Shown: positions 1-54,500 of the stretch, piece after piece | Numbering within the stretch: the first letter of the stretch is position 1 | How the letters are laid out: each line of letters opens with the position of its first letter | From: Schmidtea polychroa | Taxonomy: Eukaryota | Reading direction: 5' to 3' | Length of the DNA: 60,000 bases | Assembly: GCA_044892525.1 (NCBI GenBank) | Contig: CM097885.1 | Span: 31,870,001-31,930,000, forward strand | Program-made: the position numbers and the translations under genes | Notes under the pieces: model-generated | Databases searched by the model: none | Seen by the model: the letters and a program-made list of their open reading frames with translations, nothing else | Told to the model about the DNA's origin: nothing

Positions 1-929
1 TCTATGATAATTTGACTTCAATGATTGCAAATCTGTTATCTATGGTTTTCAACAAATAAGGATTTTGAATTAAATTTATGGGTACAAATCAATAGCATTA
101 AATTAAAGAAACTTTACATATATAAAAATAATTTATAACAACTATGTTTTCTGTTGGTTTGTTTTTTTCAATAGCAGTTTCATTATTCTTAATATTGTAA
201 TCGAATGAATCTTTAAATGTATTAGAAACGGGAAAATGTCGAATAACAGATTACAAAATTCGAGCACTTACTTTTCGATGTTTTTTGTGTTAGAAACTTC
301 TTATACTAGTAGAAATCATCGAAATAATTTTGCAGTCTCCCCCAAATAGCAGGATTTCCAGTTTCTCTACGACCACATTAGGAGTATAATATACAAAATA
401 ACCTTGAAAGCAGAACGAAATCCTCATTTTATTTTAAAGCCAATTATTAGAAGATTTTATTGAAATCAGAATAAAATAAAGTGTTTGTTAGCAAAAAATA
501 AACACAAAAATAAGTGTATAAAGTGTTATAAAATTGTAAACCGCCTTATATAAATCAGCTACAGTTAATGTAAATTTTTAATGTAAACATCGAAATGTTT
601 ATAAACACTATTTCAAGCTGAAGTGTTTAAATATCATGTATAGACTATTTAGACAGGTTTTTGTCGATTACTTTCAACATTGAGTTATCTGAACGTGATG
701 AAACAAGAAAAACATCAAATCAAGAATCAATTATCAAAAATTTTAACTAACAATGAATACATTGTTCAATAAAAATAGTTTGTGCTTACCGGTATTATTA
801 AAATCAACAATATTTAAATATTGAAACCAATAGTTAATTATACCGAAACGTTATAATTAAAATAAATAAATTTAAATAGCTTACGAAAACAGGTAGCCAT
901 AATAGAAAAGATGAAATGAGAATACTTAC

Positions 930-3900
930 GGTGTATATGCTTTCCTAGAGTAAATTATATCAATTCAATGTAATAAACTGTAGTACTTGGGCGAAGTTTT
1001 TACTTGAGGTGGCGGAGAGGACACTTTAGTAGCTGCAGGTATAATGGCTGACTAAATATAATTAAAGGGTTTAATATTTCTAATAAATCGATATTTATGG
1101 TTAAAACAACGTGTAAGAAGCTTTATAGGCAACCAATAAATCGACAGTAGTTCTGTTTGCACTGTATATCAAAAATTCGATTTTGAACTTGAAGATACAA
1201 ATAATTACGAAAATCCTAAGTTTTATCGGTTTATTTTTAAACTAATTGATCTATTGACTTCTCCTAATCCTTTCATTTGCCCTACTTACAAAAATTTGAT
1301 ATATTTCCTAAAACCCCTATTCTCAATTTCTTCGTCCCTAATTTCGAATGCCTTATAAAGTGGTATATCAATTTGATTAATGGTCTTCAAACTAAATCAC
1401 ATCTATTTGACACTCATCCCCATGCGAATTTCTTTTCATGTTCTCGTCGTGTAACAATATAATTAATTACCCTAACATGCACCTTCCTTATGATAATATT
1501 TTCACACATCTTTCCATCAATCATACTGTCCTGATAATGGGTTTACGATTTATCGTTTGTTTGCTTTCCTTGCTGTTTACCTAACTCAAATTTTCCTTAG
1601 TTAATTAATTAACTATTTCCTGTTTTATTCATTCCTTTTGTTTTCTACAAATGTTGACTAAAAAAAACTTGAATAATGATCTCATATTTATATGGATCAA
1701 AATTCAAGTGTTAAAATTTACTTAAAATTAAATATCTTACCTGAAAGCCATTTAAAAATTGGCTAAAATAAATTTCAAGAAATGAAATTTATTAAATTGG
1801 TGAGTCAATTTAATGATTTACTCCAACCACCACTATAGAAAATTTATCTAAATGGTGTTTGGTTTAAGTGATGTATAGTTGTCTTCTATCAGTATCTAGC
1901 AACGGTGGGCAAATGCGGCTCTTCGTTGAGTAAACTGCGGCTCTTTGATAATTGAATTTTTGATAATTGAATTTGAAAATTGAATTCGATTTTTTTATTT
2001 TGAAATTTTTTCAACTGAATTTTTAAAAAAAAATTTTTTGTTGCAATTGTATTTTCATGGTTAGTTCATTTTTACCTGTGTCACAAAATAGGTGTAAACA
2101 GAATTAAAATTTATAGTGTCATTCGATGGCGGTATTTAGAATCAAAATTTAATATTTCCTTATTACATTCTACCTTGTTTGATTCTTTTTATAAGCAATA
2201 TTTAAATAATACATGTCTCACTACACTATATACCAGGGGTGGGCAAGTGAGGCTCTTTGATGGGCCATGTGGCTCTCTAGAACCTCATGCGTGCCCACCC
2301 CTGGTATATAGTATAAGCCATTATTTACACCAAACACCAATGAGATACATTTTCTATAGTGGTGGTTAGGGTGTACATCAATTGGTCTCATTAAATTGAC
2401 TCACCAATTTAGTAAATTTCATGTTTCTAGAAATTTATTTTAGCCATGTTAGAAATGGTAAGATGTTTAATTTTAAGTAAGACTTGAATTTTGATCCATA
2501 ATACAAATGTATTATAAATTATTTTTAATTAATTTTCAAGTTTTTTAGGAATTTTATGAAATTTATTTTATAAATATAATTTTGGAATTATTTCGATATA
2601 ATGTAAGTCAGATCAATTTTTAATTATAATTAAATCAATCGTCCAAAATGTATTTTTCTAAAACATTTCTGATACAAATATCAGAAATTCTTATGAATAT
2701 TTAACTTAATTTTAACTCAAAAATAATTCCTACGAGGATATTTCGTCATTTTCATGACAATTTAACGTAGTTACTTTAAAAATACATTAAAAACATTTTG
2801 AGCTATCTTTTCCCCCTCAAAATTGTCTAAAATAAAGTTATTATAGAAAAGTATCTCAGTGGCGCATTTCTATATATCGAAAGTTTGCATGTGTTTTTAG
2901 TATGTATTGTGTCTGTGTGCAGTATTTAATTTTTCTACAACTTTTTAGATTTTGATAGTGTAAGGTGTATCTCATGTCACTATCAATGAGAACATCAGCG
3001 TGAAATCAAAGTACAGATTAATGTAAGATTATTGATTTTTTTCTTATATTATAGGAAACGTATCCCAGCGGTGTTTGGTGTAATATCATGGATTTAATTG
3101 TATGACGCACACACACATATACATAGACATTTATTATAGGTCAGTTTTATGTATATTAATTAATCAATATCGATTAGGTTATCTATTGAATTACGCACTG
3201 ATGTAACACACACATATTTTGTTATTCTAAATTTTAAAAATAATTCTAACTTTCATTCCACAAACTTTGATTGGATAAAAAAATAAATTTTGAGAAATAA
3301 TAGTATTAAAATTTTAAAGTGGAAATTATAATTATCTTTCATTATAAATAAATTCCAAACACTAGAAATATTATATGCTTACGTAAACCACTGAATTTAA
3401 TCGAAAATCTTACCTCATATTTTGGTTCACTAATTGTCATCGATTCGATTTCACTGGTTAAAGACGTAATCGGTTGCGTCTGTTTGGAATGTGGAAAAGC
3501 CTTGGAAGACTCGTCAGTTTTCGGAGAGAAGCCGCCTTCGGCACCTCGTGGAATTCGAACATCTTCTTTTATTATTTGCGAACTTGTAATCGGTTCTTGA
3601 CGTTTTTGACTTTGAATTTCTCTTTGATCTACAGTCGGCTGACTTGGTTTTTTCCCCCAAACTCCTTTATCCTGAGGTTGAGACTGAAGCGAAGATTCAG
3701 TAGGTTGTTGCTTCCATTGAGAAGGCTGACGTTGGAATTGTTGCGATGATGGCTGTTCTTGTTGAGAAGGTTGTCGTTCAGGTTGTTGTGGTCGCTGTTG
3801 ATATTGTTGAGACGGTTGTCGTTCAGGTTGTTGCGATCGCTGTTGATATTGTTGAGACGGTTGTCGTTCAGGTTGTTGCGATCGCTGTTGATATTGTTGA

Positions 3901-6900
3901 GACTGTTGTCGTTCCTGTTGTTCTGATCGCTGTTGATATTGTTGAGACGGTTGTCGTTCAGGTTGTTGCGACCGCTGTTGATATTGTTGCGATGGTTGCT
4001 GTTCTTGTTGTGATCGCTGTTGATGTTGTTGCGGTGGTTGTCGTTCAGGTTGTTGCGATCGCTGTTGATATTGTTGAGACGGTTGTCGTTCAGGTTGTTG
4101 CGATCGCTGTTGATATTGTTGCGATGGTTGCTGTTCTTGTTGTGATCGCTGTTGATGTTGTTGCGACAGTTGTCGTTCAGGTTGTTGCGATCGCTGTTGA
4201 TATTGTTGAGACGGTTGTCGTTCAGGCTGTTGATATTGTTGCGATGATTGTCGTTCAGGCTGTTGATATTGTTGCGATGGTGGCTGTTCTTGTTGCGATC
4301 GCTGTTGATATTGTTGCGACGGTTGTCGTGTTACTCCTTCAGCACCGCGAACACCTTGCTCTTGTGGTATGCTTGAACTTTGTTGTGAATAACCACTTTG
4401 TGTACGACTGATTGACTCTCCAGCCTGTGGCTCACTTCTAAGATAAATATAAATTTTCTCGCAGTATAATTAGACCCGCAATAAACTTTTTGAAAAGAAA
4501 CGGGACACAAAAACAAATTAATTTAATTATGAAAAAATATATTTATTAACAATAAATTCTTAATTTTGATACTTTTCTTGTGAGTGAATCTTTTCAAGCA
4601 ACTGAAAGTTTGATTTAATTTTCTCACTACAACTAATTTTTGAGTATAGTGATGATCGCATTTACAGTGCTTACATCGAAACTTTCCTTATGATCGGTCC
4701 ATGCTTGATTAATCAACGAAAATAAACGTTCAACTTCCATTGGTGTTCCTGGGATGCATAAAGCAAATTCAACTAATCTCTCCATATTAGTTAGTCGCAT
4801 TGAATTTTCGCAAAAATGAGAGAAACTTTCAGCCCAAATTTTTGCAGCACTTGCTTTTTCGCCGGCCAATGTGGATTTCTTTTCGTTCGTAAAAATTAGC
4901 ATTTGATTATATTCATCGAAAAGTAAATCTTGATTTATTATTGCAGAATTTGCATCGTGTCGTTCGATGATAAAATCAACAGACTTTTCAATTTGCGGCC
5001 ATTCCGGAGTTTTGTACTTACTCATCCATTCAAAATTTTGAGCACCATCCAACGATTCCTGCCACTTGTCGGAATATGCAATCAGCTCATCATATAATCC
5101 TTAACATTTTGCAAAACAGCGCTTTGAGTGTCAACATGAAAGCGAGACAATTCTAGACGGGCTTCTCGAGTGAGATACGCCAATTGAAAACGATGTTTGA
5201 CTTTATCCTTGAATAATCTCAACTCAAAAGAAATTTCAAATGCAACAATTTCCGATCTCTCAAACAAAAGCATGGCTTCGTTTATCATTTGTATTTGGTT
5301 ACTCAGAAAAAGGAGCCAAAATTTATTGCTTTCAAGTGAGAAGTTTTTGATGACCGGTGGACATTTTGTCTTGGGTTCTTTGAAATATTCTTTTAATGGA
5401 TCAAACATTTCAATAAATCGTTGAATTCCCGGTGCGAGAGAAAGGAATCTTGTTGTTGAGTGAGATTTCAGTGGCTTGAAAACTATATCCATTTCTTCGC
5501 AAATCTTCTTAAATGATTCGGTTGGCACTGTGTAGATTTTAAAATGCTTGTGTAAAGAATAAATCAAATTTTCCATGTCAACGTCCAACATTTGACATCC
5601 CGCACTAGTTGTTTTATGAAGGATATGAGCAGAGCATCGGAGGCCAATAATATCACAATTCAATTCTTTTTTAAGCTTACGCCAAACATTATTGCTTCCT
5701 TCTCTATTAACGCCGCCAAAATTCAGATTTGTATTGTCTGCACCAAAACATATCAATTTCTTTTCCAGCTCATGCTCTCGAACTTTTCCAATGATTTCAT
5801 TCGCAATTGTATCTGATTTTTCATTTTCAATTGATTTCAATGAGATTTTCTTGTGAGACACAGCTTTTGTTGGATGAAACATGCGAACGACAAGTGGGAG
5901 TAACTTTGGTTTCCATGGTTAGAAGTATCAGTTATTAAGGAAATATAATTTGAAATTTTCAACTCTTTTATCAGTTCCTCATTGACGAAAGGACTCAGGA
6001 CATGCTTCATAATTACGGCCATCTTGGTTCGAGCCAGACTGAACTTAGGTTCAAAAGGTTGCCTGATAAGATTTGATGTGCAGTTAGTAAAGAGAAATAA
6101 AAAGTTATCTTTGACCGTATGGGACGCAAAAACAGCTTCCTTTCGAGTTCAGTAGATGACATTTCGAGATTTTTGAAGAGATTTTTGTTACTTTTGAGCT
6201 TGAAGATCCTGCATTTACAGACGATTAATGGCGTTTAGTTTTGCAATGGTCCACAATGTCAGCACGACCTCCGTAAGCAATAGAGAATGTAGATGAGCAG
6301 ATGTTACAGAATGCTTTTTAATCATCTTCTTTAGTCTTATCCAGGAATCTAAACTCTTCTTTGTATTTATTAATCCATGTGGTTTTGCGTTTTTTGAATT
6401 CATGCTGATAGAAGAATATACTTATAATTAATTATATTCTTCTATCAGCATGAATTCAAAAAAAGTAACTTACACCTTTAACAGTCTTATTAAGTAATTT
6501 TACGATAAATTTTCTGATTTTTCTTGCAAAATATTGAAAATTATACTCTTTTCACAACTTTGTTTGATAACACTGGAAAAACTGAAGGCAGAGAGTGAAA
6601 ATTTTTTAAAATTAAACGTTAATTTAATTTTAATTTTTTTTATTAATTTTTTCATACGTTAAAACATTTTCAACATTTTGTTATAAAAAATAATCTGCGA
6701 AATAGTGAAAATTTTTTGCATAATTTTCAAAATCCAGGACAAATTGTCTTAAACGCAGGACACGGGACAAGTCTCAAAAATCCGGGACAGTCCGGGCCAA
6801 AAGGCAGCAGATGGTAGGAATTAGTATAATTAAACTAGTATTCTAAATTCAATGGAAGAATTCATGCAAATATCGCCAAACTATTCTCTTAATTTTTTTA

Positions 6901-7329
6901 GAAATAATTTTCATTTTATAATAACATCAATAACTAATTAAAATATTGAAATATTTAATTTAAGCATGGATAGCTTGAAATATAAATGGATTATTAACGC
7001 GCTTTGAATGAGTCTCACCATTTCAAATATTTTTATAGATAAAGTTTGATTTCCATAAGTCATGTATGTTCTTTGCTATTTATGAAATTCTAATATTAGA
7101 AACTATCTAACAAATATTAATCTGGACATATATTACATTTTGAATGACATGTGATCTGTGGGCCAATCTGTTAAATAATTGAGATATATATTTGATATAA
7201 AGTTACTTAATATTTATAAATATAATTATAGTTTAAAATTTAAACTAAGAATTTTTATCAAGTATACCAATAATTCAAAATCACACCATATTTTGATTTA
7301 AAAATAAAACATACCTCTGTGGAGGACCC
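930..7329 (-). CDS. Spliced gene fragment with Gln/Arg/Ser/Pro-rich repeat exon (exons 7315-7329, 3414-4437, 1004-1051, 930-944), product unknown
   Basis: Exon 3414-4437 is open on the minus strand (QQYQQRSQQPERQPS repeats) with tag/gtaag borders. Flanking 15-nt micro-exons match in phase. Start and end were not identified. Confidence 0.7.
1240..1650 (-). mobile_element. Diverged LTR fragment related to the 12573/28873/46806 LTR family
   Basis: Shares ordered blocks ctgtc..ataatgg, tgtttgcttt..tgtttacc..ctc and ttaattaattaac..tttc.tgtttt with that LTR. Confidence 0.45.
1690..2500. mobile_element. Foldback/MITE with ~190-bp inverted arms and an internal short hAT-like MITE (2234-2303)
   Basis: 1690-1880 is the reverse complement of about 2310-2500. 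Inner TIRs are caggggtgggca...tgcccacccctg. Confidence 0.75.
3750..4330 (-). repeat. Coding minisatellite of about 39-45 nt units (QQYQQRSQQPERQPS-like)
   Basis: Repeated gttgttgcgatcgctgttgatattgttgagacggttgtcgttcag on the + strand. Confidence 0.95.
4490..6820 (-). mobile_element. Degenerate hAT-superfamily DNA transposon (transposase pseudogene 4633-6420)
   Basis: Frameshifted ORFs with DTSNHGNQ, FGADNTNLNFG, CSAHILH, TRFLSL and the dimerization motif IPGT..VERLFS. The end near 6740-6820 has cgggac-rich subterminal repeats. Confidence 0.85.
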
Positions 7330-9000
7330 CTAAAAATAAAGAGTATTAAAATAAAATAAAAAATATGAAAAAACTTTTTCTTTCTAGGCATTTAGAAATA
7401 ATTAACCAGTTTTTTAATAATTAATCAATTCAAAATAAAATTACTAGTTAATTAATTCTAAGAAATATAACGACCTCTAAGCGATATAACAAAATAATAA
7501 AACGTATTGAAAAAAATTATTGTAATAAAAAAAAATCCGAAAATAAAAATAACTAAGAAAACTTTTAATTAAAATTAGCTTTAAATTGTAAAAATTTAAA
7601 CATTAAAAACAAATTTAATGAAGTAAAATAGGTTAAAATATTATACTTCTGTTTGAAAAAAATACATTTATGTGGCAAAAATTTGAGACGGGCTACTATT
7701 ATTCTTGATAAAATTTAATCGAGTTTATTATTATGTTATTTCAATACTCTTACAAAAATTAAAATATTAATGAAATAAATTGCATAAAAATTTTATTCAT
7801 GGTTCAGGAAGGTAAAAATATTTTAAGAAACATGAAACTTTTAATATAAATTACCCAGGTGATACCAGTAACTAATTGCCATTGACAATGATACAGTTGG
7901 TTTAGAGCAGCCTTGGATAATACCATAGTTGCAGTATTAAATTTCAAGAAAATTTTAGTGGTAAAAAAATTGGGCTTTAAATACTGTTGGGCGCTTAAGG
8001 GCCTGGTCGATTAAAAGGCGTCCACAAAAATACTAAAACTAACCTCTTGAATACCCATAGTGACCGACCATGTTGAAGGAACAATAATCAAAGAATTGGA
8101 TGTATAATAATAAACATTACTCAGAATTTCTATCGGCAGTTATAAACCTGAAAGCTCAGCTGGTTATTGATTTTCAGCCGCTGTGTATATTGCCAAAATG
8201 GTTGTTGCCACTGGTGTGCTAATGGAAAAAATTAACATAATCATGAAGGCATTTAAGAAAGAGTTGATGACAAATATAACAGCAACCCTAGAATATATAA
8301 ACCACACCCCATATTCATCAACAGTATTGTTAGGATATATATTTCTTTCATTCTTAAAAAGTCTTTTATTAGGAGCATCCTCTTTGTAAGAATACATGAA
8401 TACAAGTGTTTTGCTAGAACTAACAATTGAGTTTGTTTTAATAAAAACCGCACCAAGTTGAATTAACCTCTATGATCATACACCAAATAATACAAAATAA
8501 AGTACACGACACATTGAGAATAAACAGAACACGTATAATGAATTCAAGAAACGCAAGAAGTTGAAATACCAACAAAGTTTGAATTATGAGTAATATTTAC
8601 AGTTTGCATGAATATTATTTGATTTGTATAGTGTGATGTATTTTAAGGCGTTTGTTGCGCATTGATGCCTTGTGCGTTGATGCCGAGTCAGATGTTCGAT
8701 AGTCCTAAGCACTCAGTTGATTTGATTCGCTCGGAGACCTACCGAAGGGTTCGTTACTGTTATTTATTATGGATTTTATTGAGTTAAGAGCTGTGATCAA
8801 GTAAATTAGATCGGTTGTAAATGAAAACATCCAGTAGGGAGGACCAAAATTAAATGAATAATAAATACACTATGAACAATGATGTAAGACCTTCTATCGG
8901 CAGTCCATATCCCGAAAATGAAAATATCCCGAGGAGTAGTTTTAGCAATAGAGCTCACCTGCTCATGGATTTTCGCCAAGGGCACACAGATGGTCTAAAG

Positions 9001-9376
9001 CAGTGCTTCTCAAACTTTCTGATTCGACAGGGACCGACTAGCCAATCTAGCTATCGCAAGAGGGAAATGGGAAAAAAAGCGACGACTAATCATGATGACA
9101 TGAAGTCTTATTCAATTTAAGATCACTAATCATTGTCATGCAAATCTTCCCATTGTGCCAGTAATCGGTAGCTTATTTGTGCCATTTAAAGTGCATACAA
9201 TAACTGTTTCCAATTAAATTACTACCATGCTGTATTCTTGTTAGATAAATAAACAAAAAATATCTGTCACATGACCCACCTGTTTCTCATGGCATGTAAT
9301 TTTACATTTGTTAATTTTCCTTTTAATCTCTTCGCGTACCAGCACCCGTACGCGTACCACACTTTGAGTAGCACTG
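9001..9376. mobile_element. hAT MITE
   Basis: TIRs cagtgcttctcaaa / tttgagtagcactg with an 8-bp TSD gtctaaag on both sides. Confidence 0.92.
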
Positions 9377-9822
9377 GTCTAAAGTACAATAGTCATGAAG
9401 GCGTTTAGGAATGAGTCGACTCGACATCTATAAGCACCCCTAACACCTTTTTAAAAAATTGGCGTACCCTAAGTGCCAACACAAGTTTGAATTCGTATTT
9501 GGCGAAACATCGCAAGAACATGTGTTTTAAATGTTTCTAATAAGTTTGGCCGATAAATTGATTGCATGTGGATTGTTATTTCATTGTTTAGAATAGTTTT
9601 TTTTCTTTTTATTTTATTTCTTTTCTTTCACGAACGTTTTAACTTTTTGTTAATGTTTTGCTTCCAATTATTACGACAATTAAGCTTAAGTCCAGCTCTG
9701 ATTTCTATCCAAATTAATTTTTTCTCAATTAATTAGCTTATGTTTTCTAAATAAGTTTTCCGGGAACGCAATCTTTTTGCATGACTTTATTCGTATTCAT
9801 TTCATCATCTGCCACTCACTTA

Positions 9823-10017
9823 CAGTCATACCCCAGTTAACGTTGTTAAATGGTTCCAGAAAAACGCGATGTTAACCGAAACAACGTTATACGAAGCAAT
9901 TATAATTAAGAAAAAAATTCGCAATTAAATAGATTTAAAAGATCCTTTTTCACCATGGTGGACCGACGTTACAGCGAAACAACTTTATTCGGGGCAACGT
10001 TATCCGGGGTATGACTG
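9823..10017. mobile_element. Tigger/pogo-type MITE
   Basis: TIRs cagtcatacccc / ggggtatgactg with TA TSD. Confidence 0.9.
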
Positions 10018-10329
10018 TATATCGGTTTCTTCAGAAAAATATTAAATAATTTTTTTATTATTAAGTAGTTGTAAAATATTAAAATGTAATTTTGTAGTAA
10101 AATTTAAATAAATATTCCTTAATGAGTTATTAATATGTTCTAACAACATTTAACACTCAATTCAAAATATTGTCCTTTTTACCTGAATTGGTCAATGTTT
10201 ATGTTTAAAATTGCTCAAAGACATTAAATAACCAACATATATATGAAATTAGCATCACAAATACAATTTATAGCAATAATGGAAACTCAATGAAGTAAAG
10301 CTAGAATCTGTCACGAAATATGCTCATAG

Positions 10330-50791
<40,462 letters not shown>

Positions 50792-51300
50792 TGTTTTAGA
50801 AATATTAACATTGAGATTAAGACTTAAAAATGTAATAAAAATCGCATTAATTCCAATACTAAATGAATATTTAATTAATCACAATTTTAAAAAACTAATT
50901 ACACAAGGTTTCATAAATGGGTAATACATGCAAATGTTTAATGTTACATAAAAATTAAGAATCATTATAAAAAATTAATTAAAATAAAAAATACAAATAT
51001 CCTACTTAAAAAGAAAAGGTCTTTATTGATTTTTCAATGTTTGTGCGTATAATTTTTTATTCCTCGTCGTAATAATATTATTAATATAATAATAATAAAA
51101 ATAATAATAATAATTATGATTAAAAATAATTATGATTATAATAATATTAAAATAAAAATAATTAAAATAAATATATAAATATTCAAATCAAGAAAAAAAT
51201 GATCTTCATTGATTTTTAAATTTGTCACAATTTAATTAACTTTTACCACTCTAATGCCCAATTTTTTTATCGTCGCGCAAAAACTAAAATCTAAAATGTG

Positions 51301-51545
51301 ATAATGCACACAAACACATGCAAACTTTCGATATATAGAACTTTATTTTAGAGAATTTTAGGAAAAAAAGATCACTGAAAATGTTTTTAAATGTTTTTTT
51401 AAAGAAACAACGTTAAATTGTATTGAAAATGACGAAATATCCCCGTAAGAATTATTTTTGGGTTAAAATTAAGTTAAATATTCATAAGAATTTCTGATAT
51501 TTGTTTGAGAAATGTTTTAGAAAAATACATTTTGGGCGATTGACA
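51301..51545. repeat. Dispersed repeat, inverted copy of about 2636-2895
   Basis: Reverse-complement alignment by eye (tatcagaaattcttatgaatatttaacttaatttt and flanks). The giant LTR starts about 12 nt after it. Confidence 0.8.
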
Positions 51546-51557
51546 TATTAAAATAAT

Positions 51558-54500
51558 TGTTGGGCTGAGTCGGAAAATCAATTTGGGAAACTAAGAAAGT
51601 AAAATAAGCAAGAGATTAAAAGAAAACAAAATAAAATAAACAAATTTAGGAATACAATAAAATAAGATATAAAAACAATAATTAGAAAATAAGAATTAAA
51701 ACAAAAAATATAAAACTAAGAAAAATTAAAATAGGACAATAGAATGACGAAAAATAACGTAAAATGTAGCAAATAATAAGGAAATCAAAGAAATTAAATA
51801 AAAACATAAAAAAAATAAAGAAAATAGGAAGAAATAACTCAAAAACAAGGAAAATAAATTAAAATAATAAAATTAAGCGGTACTCAATTCTGATTGGTCC
51901 GCGTAAATAGAAAATTAATATATAAGCAGACATTAAAATCATAATAAGTACCGTTAATCCAACAATTGCAATAGGTAAGTATTTTAACTACCGTTAATTA
52001 CCGTTAATCCAACAATTGCAATAGAAACAACAACCCACAGCTAACAGCCACCGACTTACAGTAGCTTACAAGGACTATTTCAGAAAATCAAGAAACTTCA
52101 ACTAAATCTATACTCTACTCAAGCATCAACCGATTCGACCCAGTGTTTTCGACTCAGCCTATATTGAATACTTGGTAAGGAGTTTTCGTTTTATATTTAG
52201 GTCTATTAAGCAATAATTATGTATATATGCATTAATTATAATTTTTATCTTTAAAATTTTGTTCTCTTTTCGTTTGATTTGAATGCGTTACGTAATTAAA
52301 TGATTTAGTGATTTAACAATAAATGATTTATTATGCATCAGTAATCTTATTATTTGTGATTTTATGCTATTCAAATTTTTCGAGAAACGTGGCGTTGAGA
52401 TACTCCATGTCATGGTGTGAGGTGCCTTCGGGAGCTCAGCCGGTGGACATGGGGTTTTTCAATCACGCAGCTGATTCGGGCCGTAATGTGGGGGCTTCCT
52501 CACGGGTCCGTCGCTGAAGGTGCGACTAAATTCGATAGAAAATCATGCGAGAAGAATAGTGTGGAAGAATGAGTACATGAATTGGAAAAATTTTTGTATA
52601 TTCGCATAGTTATTGAGGGTGTCGCACTATCGTCTCATAACATCGTTTTACTCCGTTTAAATTTTCTCTATCGCCAAAAGATTCAAGTCCTTCGTCAAAA
52701 ACTGTTCAAACGTTAGCAATGTTATGTGTGACCAATTATCGGGGTTCCGGATTTTACTCAAAGTTTAGTCTTACGGTTTCCAGCCAACGAACTTTCGTGA
52801 TTACTCATTTCATCATCTATGAGCTTCTCTTAAAGCTGTAGTTATATCGAATTACGAAAATAAATAGTCTCAAACAATTTTTTAATTAAAAGCACAAATA
52901 ACTCCAATCAGGAAAAATGTAATTTTTAGAAAACAATTTATCGCGATGATGCTTACAGATTAAATATGAACTCTCGGTCTACCGATGAATCGCAATCCGG
53001 AGTTGCATTAAGCAATAAATTTTCAAATCGATAGGAATAGATCGCATATGTTGATGATGACCGAGGGCCACGAGTTGAATTGAGAAATAGTAGTTGAGTG
53101 GTTTTGGAAAAACCGTCCACGAAGTAGAAAAATTTCCATAACAGTGATGCATAGAATTTTAATTTTCCAAAATTTCCCTGAGAGTTCGCATGTCAATAGT
53201 GTGAGAAGCAGGATTTGGGGTGTGTTCACAGCCGATCAATTAGCATTACATGCTACGGAGAAACTACATCTGCATGCATACTCAGACATAAAATATAGCA
53301 TGAGAACACTAGTCAGTGATCGCGATTGATAATAAGTAGGTGAGAGTGAAGCTTCAGGCGATCACACATTTTTAGACTCACGGCAGAGGTTCAATGTAGT
53401 ATATAGACTCACATGCATTATAAATCGCCGGGAATCAGACATAATGTGTCAGCTGAATTACCATCAAGCTAATGACAGACGCTAGATTCTCACCGTTTGG
53501 AAGTAGTAGGCAATAGCCAGATAATTAATTAGGGTTCACTTGCGTGAAGTGGTGTATTCATTTAATCTGAACAAGTTTGGGTTGTGCATGAATAAATGAT
53601 TATAATTTAATTAGAAAGATTCTTATTTATCCTGACTAAATTATTGCAAACAACTTGTAAATGTCTTAATTATCATCAATAAATAATTGGAGGGGAATTA
53701 ATAGAGTCCTGCCTATTATAAATAACAAGTTTCTAAGTTATTGACATAGTTCCATAACAGATCTACACATTATTTGCTTAGGGTAAATCTTTAATTTAAT
53801 CTAAACTACCTTTCCAGGCTGTTTGATCTTTTCAAGTAAACTAATTAATTTTTTAATTTCACTAACTTGTAGTTTCCCTTATCAGGGGTTATACCTTATC
53901 TTCCTTCAGTAAAGCTCTGTATGAATGATCATATGAATGATGACCCAAAGTATACAAGATCTGTAGTATAGGGGATTTCTCTAGGCTAATAAACCCGGTT
54001 TATCTGTAAACTACCTATGGTCAGTAAAGTATGATTGTGACCGGATGAGACGTTCCAATTTGACTTAGATGTAATTTTATTTTTCATCTTCTCTTCCTAG
54101 CCTCTCCAGATGTTACCCAATCCCAAAACCATTCTCAAGCCTTGTTTTTCTTGTGCAGACAAGAATTCGATCATCAGAGACCTACAGGCTCAAATTGGAA
54201 AGTACAAAAGGAAGATAGACGAGCTGGAGGGGACATGGTTTAGTCCCTCCCAGATGAAGGAGACCCGGAAGAAGTTGTATCGAAGTGAGCATTGCCGTGA
54301 TGCACTAATTGCCGAGAGCCGGGCACAGAGGAGCCTGATAAAAGAGCAGTCGGAAGCGCTGCATAAATTATATGTCCAGGCAGCAACCACCAGGAAGATA
54401 GCGAAGATCTCAATTAGTGAAGCCAGCAACCTTTTCCCAGCACACCACGACACTTCTGTCAGGTCTTCATCTCCTCTCAGGAAGTCTTGCCGTGAGTGCG

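Noticed and set aside
1..430. Possible continuation of an Argonaute gene
   Set aside because: The minus frame gives LEILLFGGDCKII, which looks more like a decayed non-LTR RT (LFADD) fragment. Too weak to annotate.
3746..4411. 221-aa Val-rich + strand ORF
   Set aside because: It is the antisense shadow of the minus-strand Gln-rich exon, which has proper splice sites.
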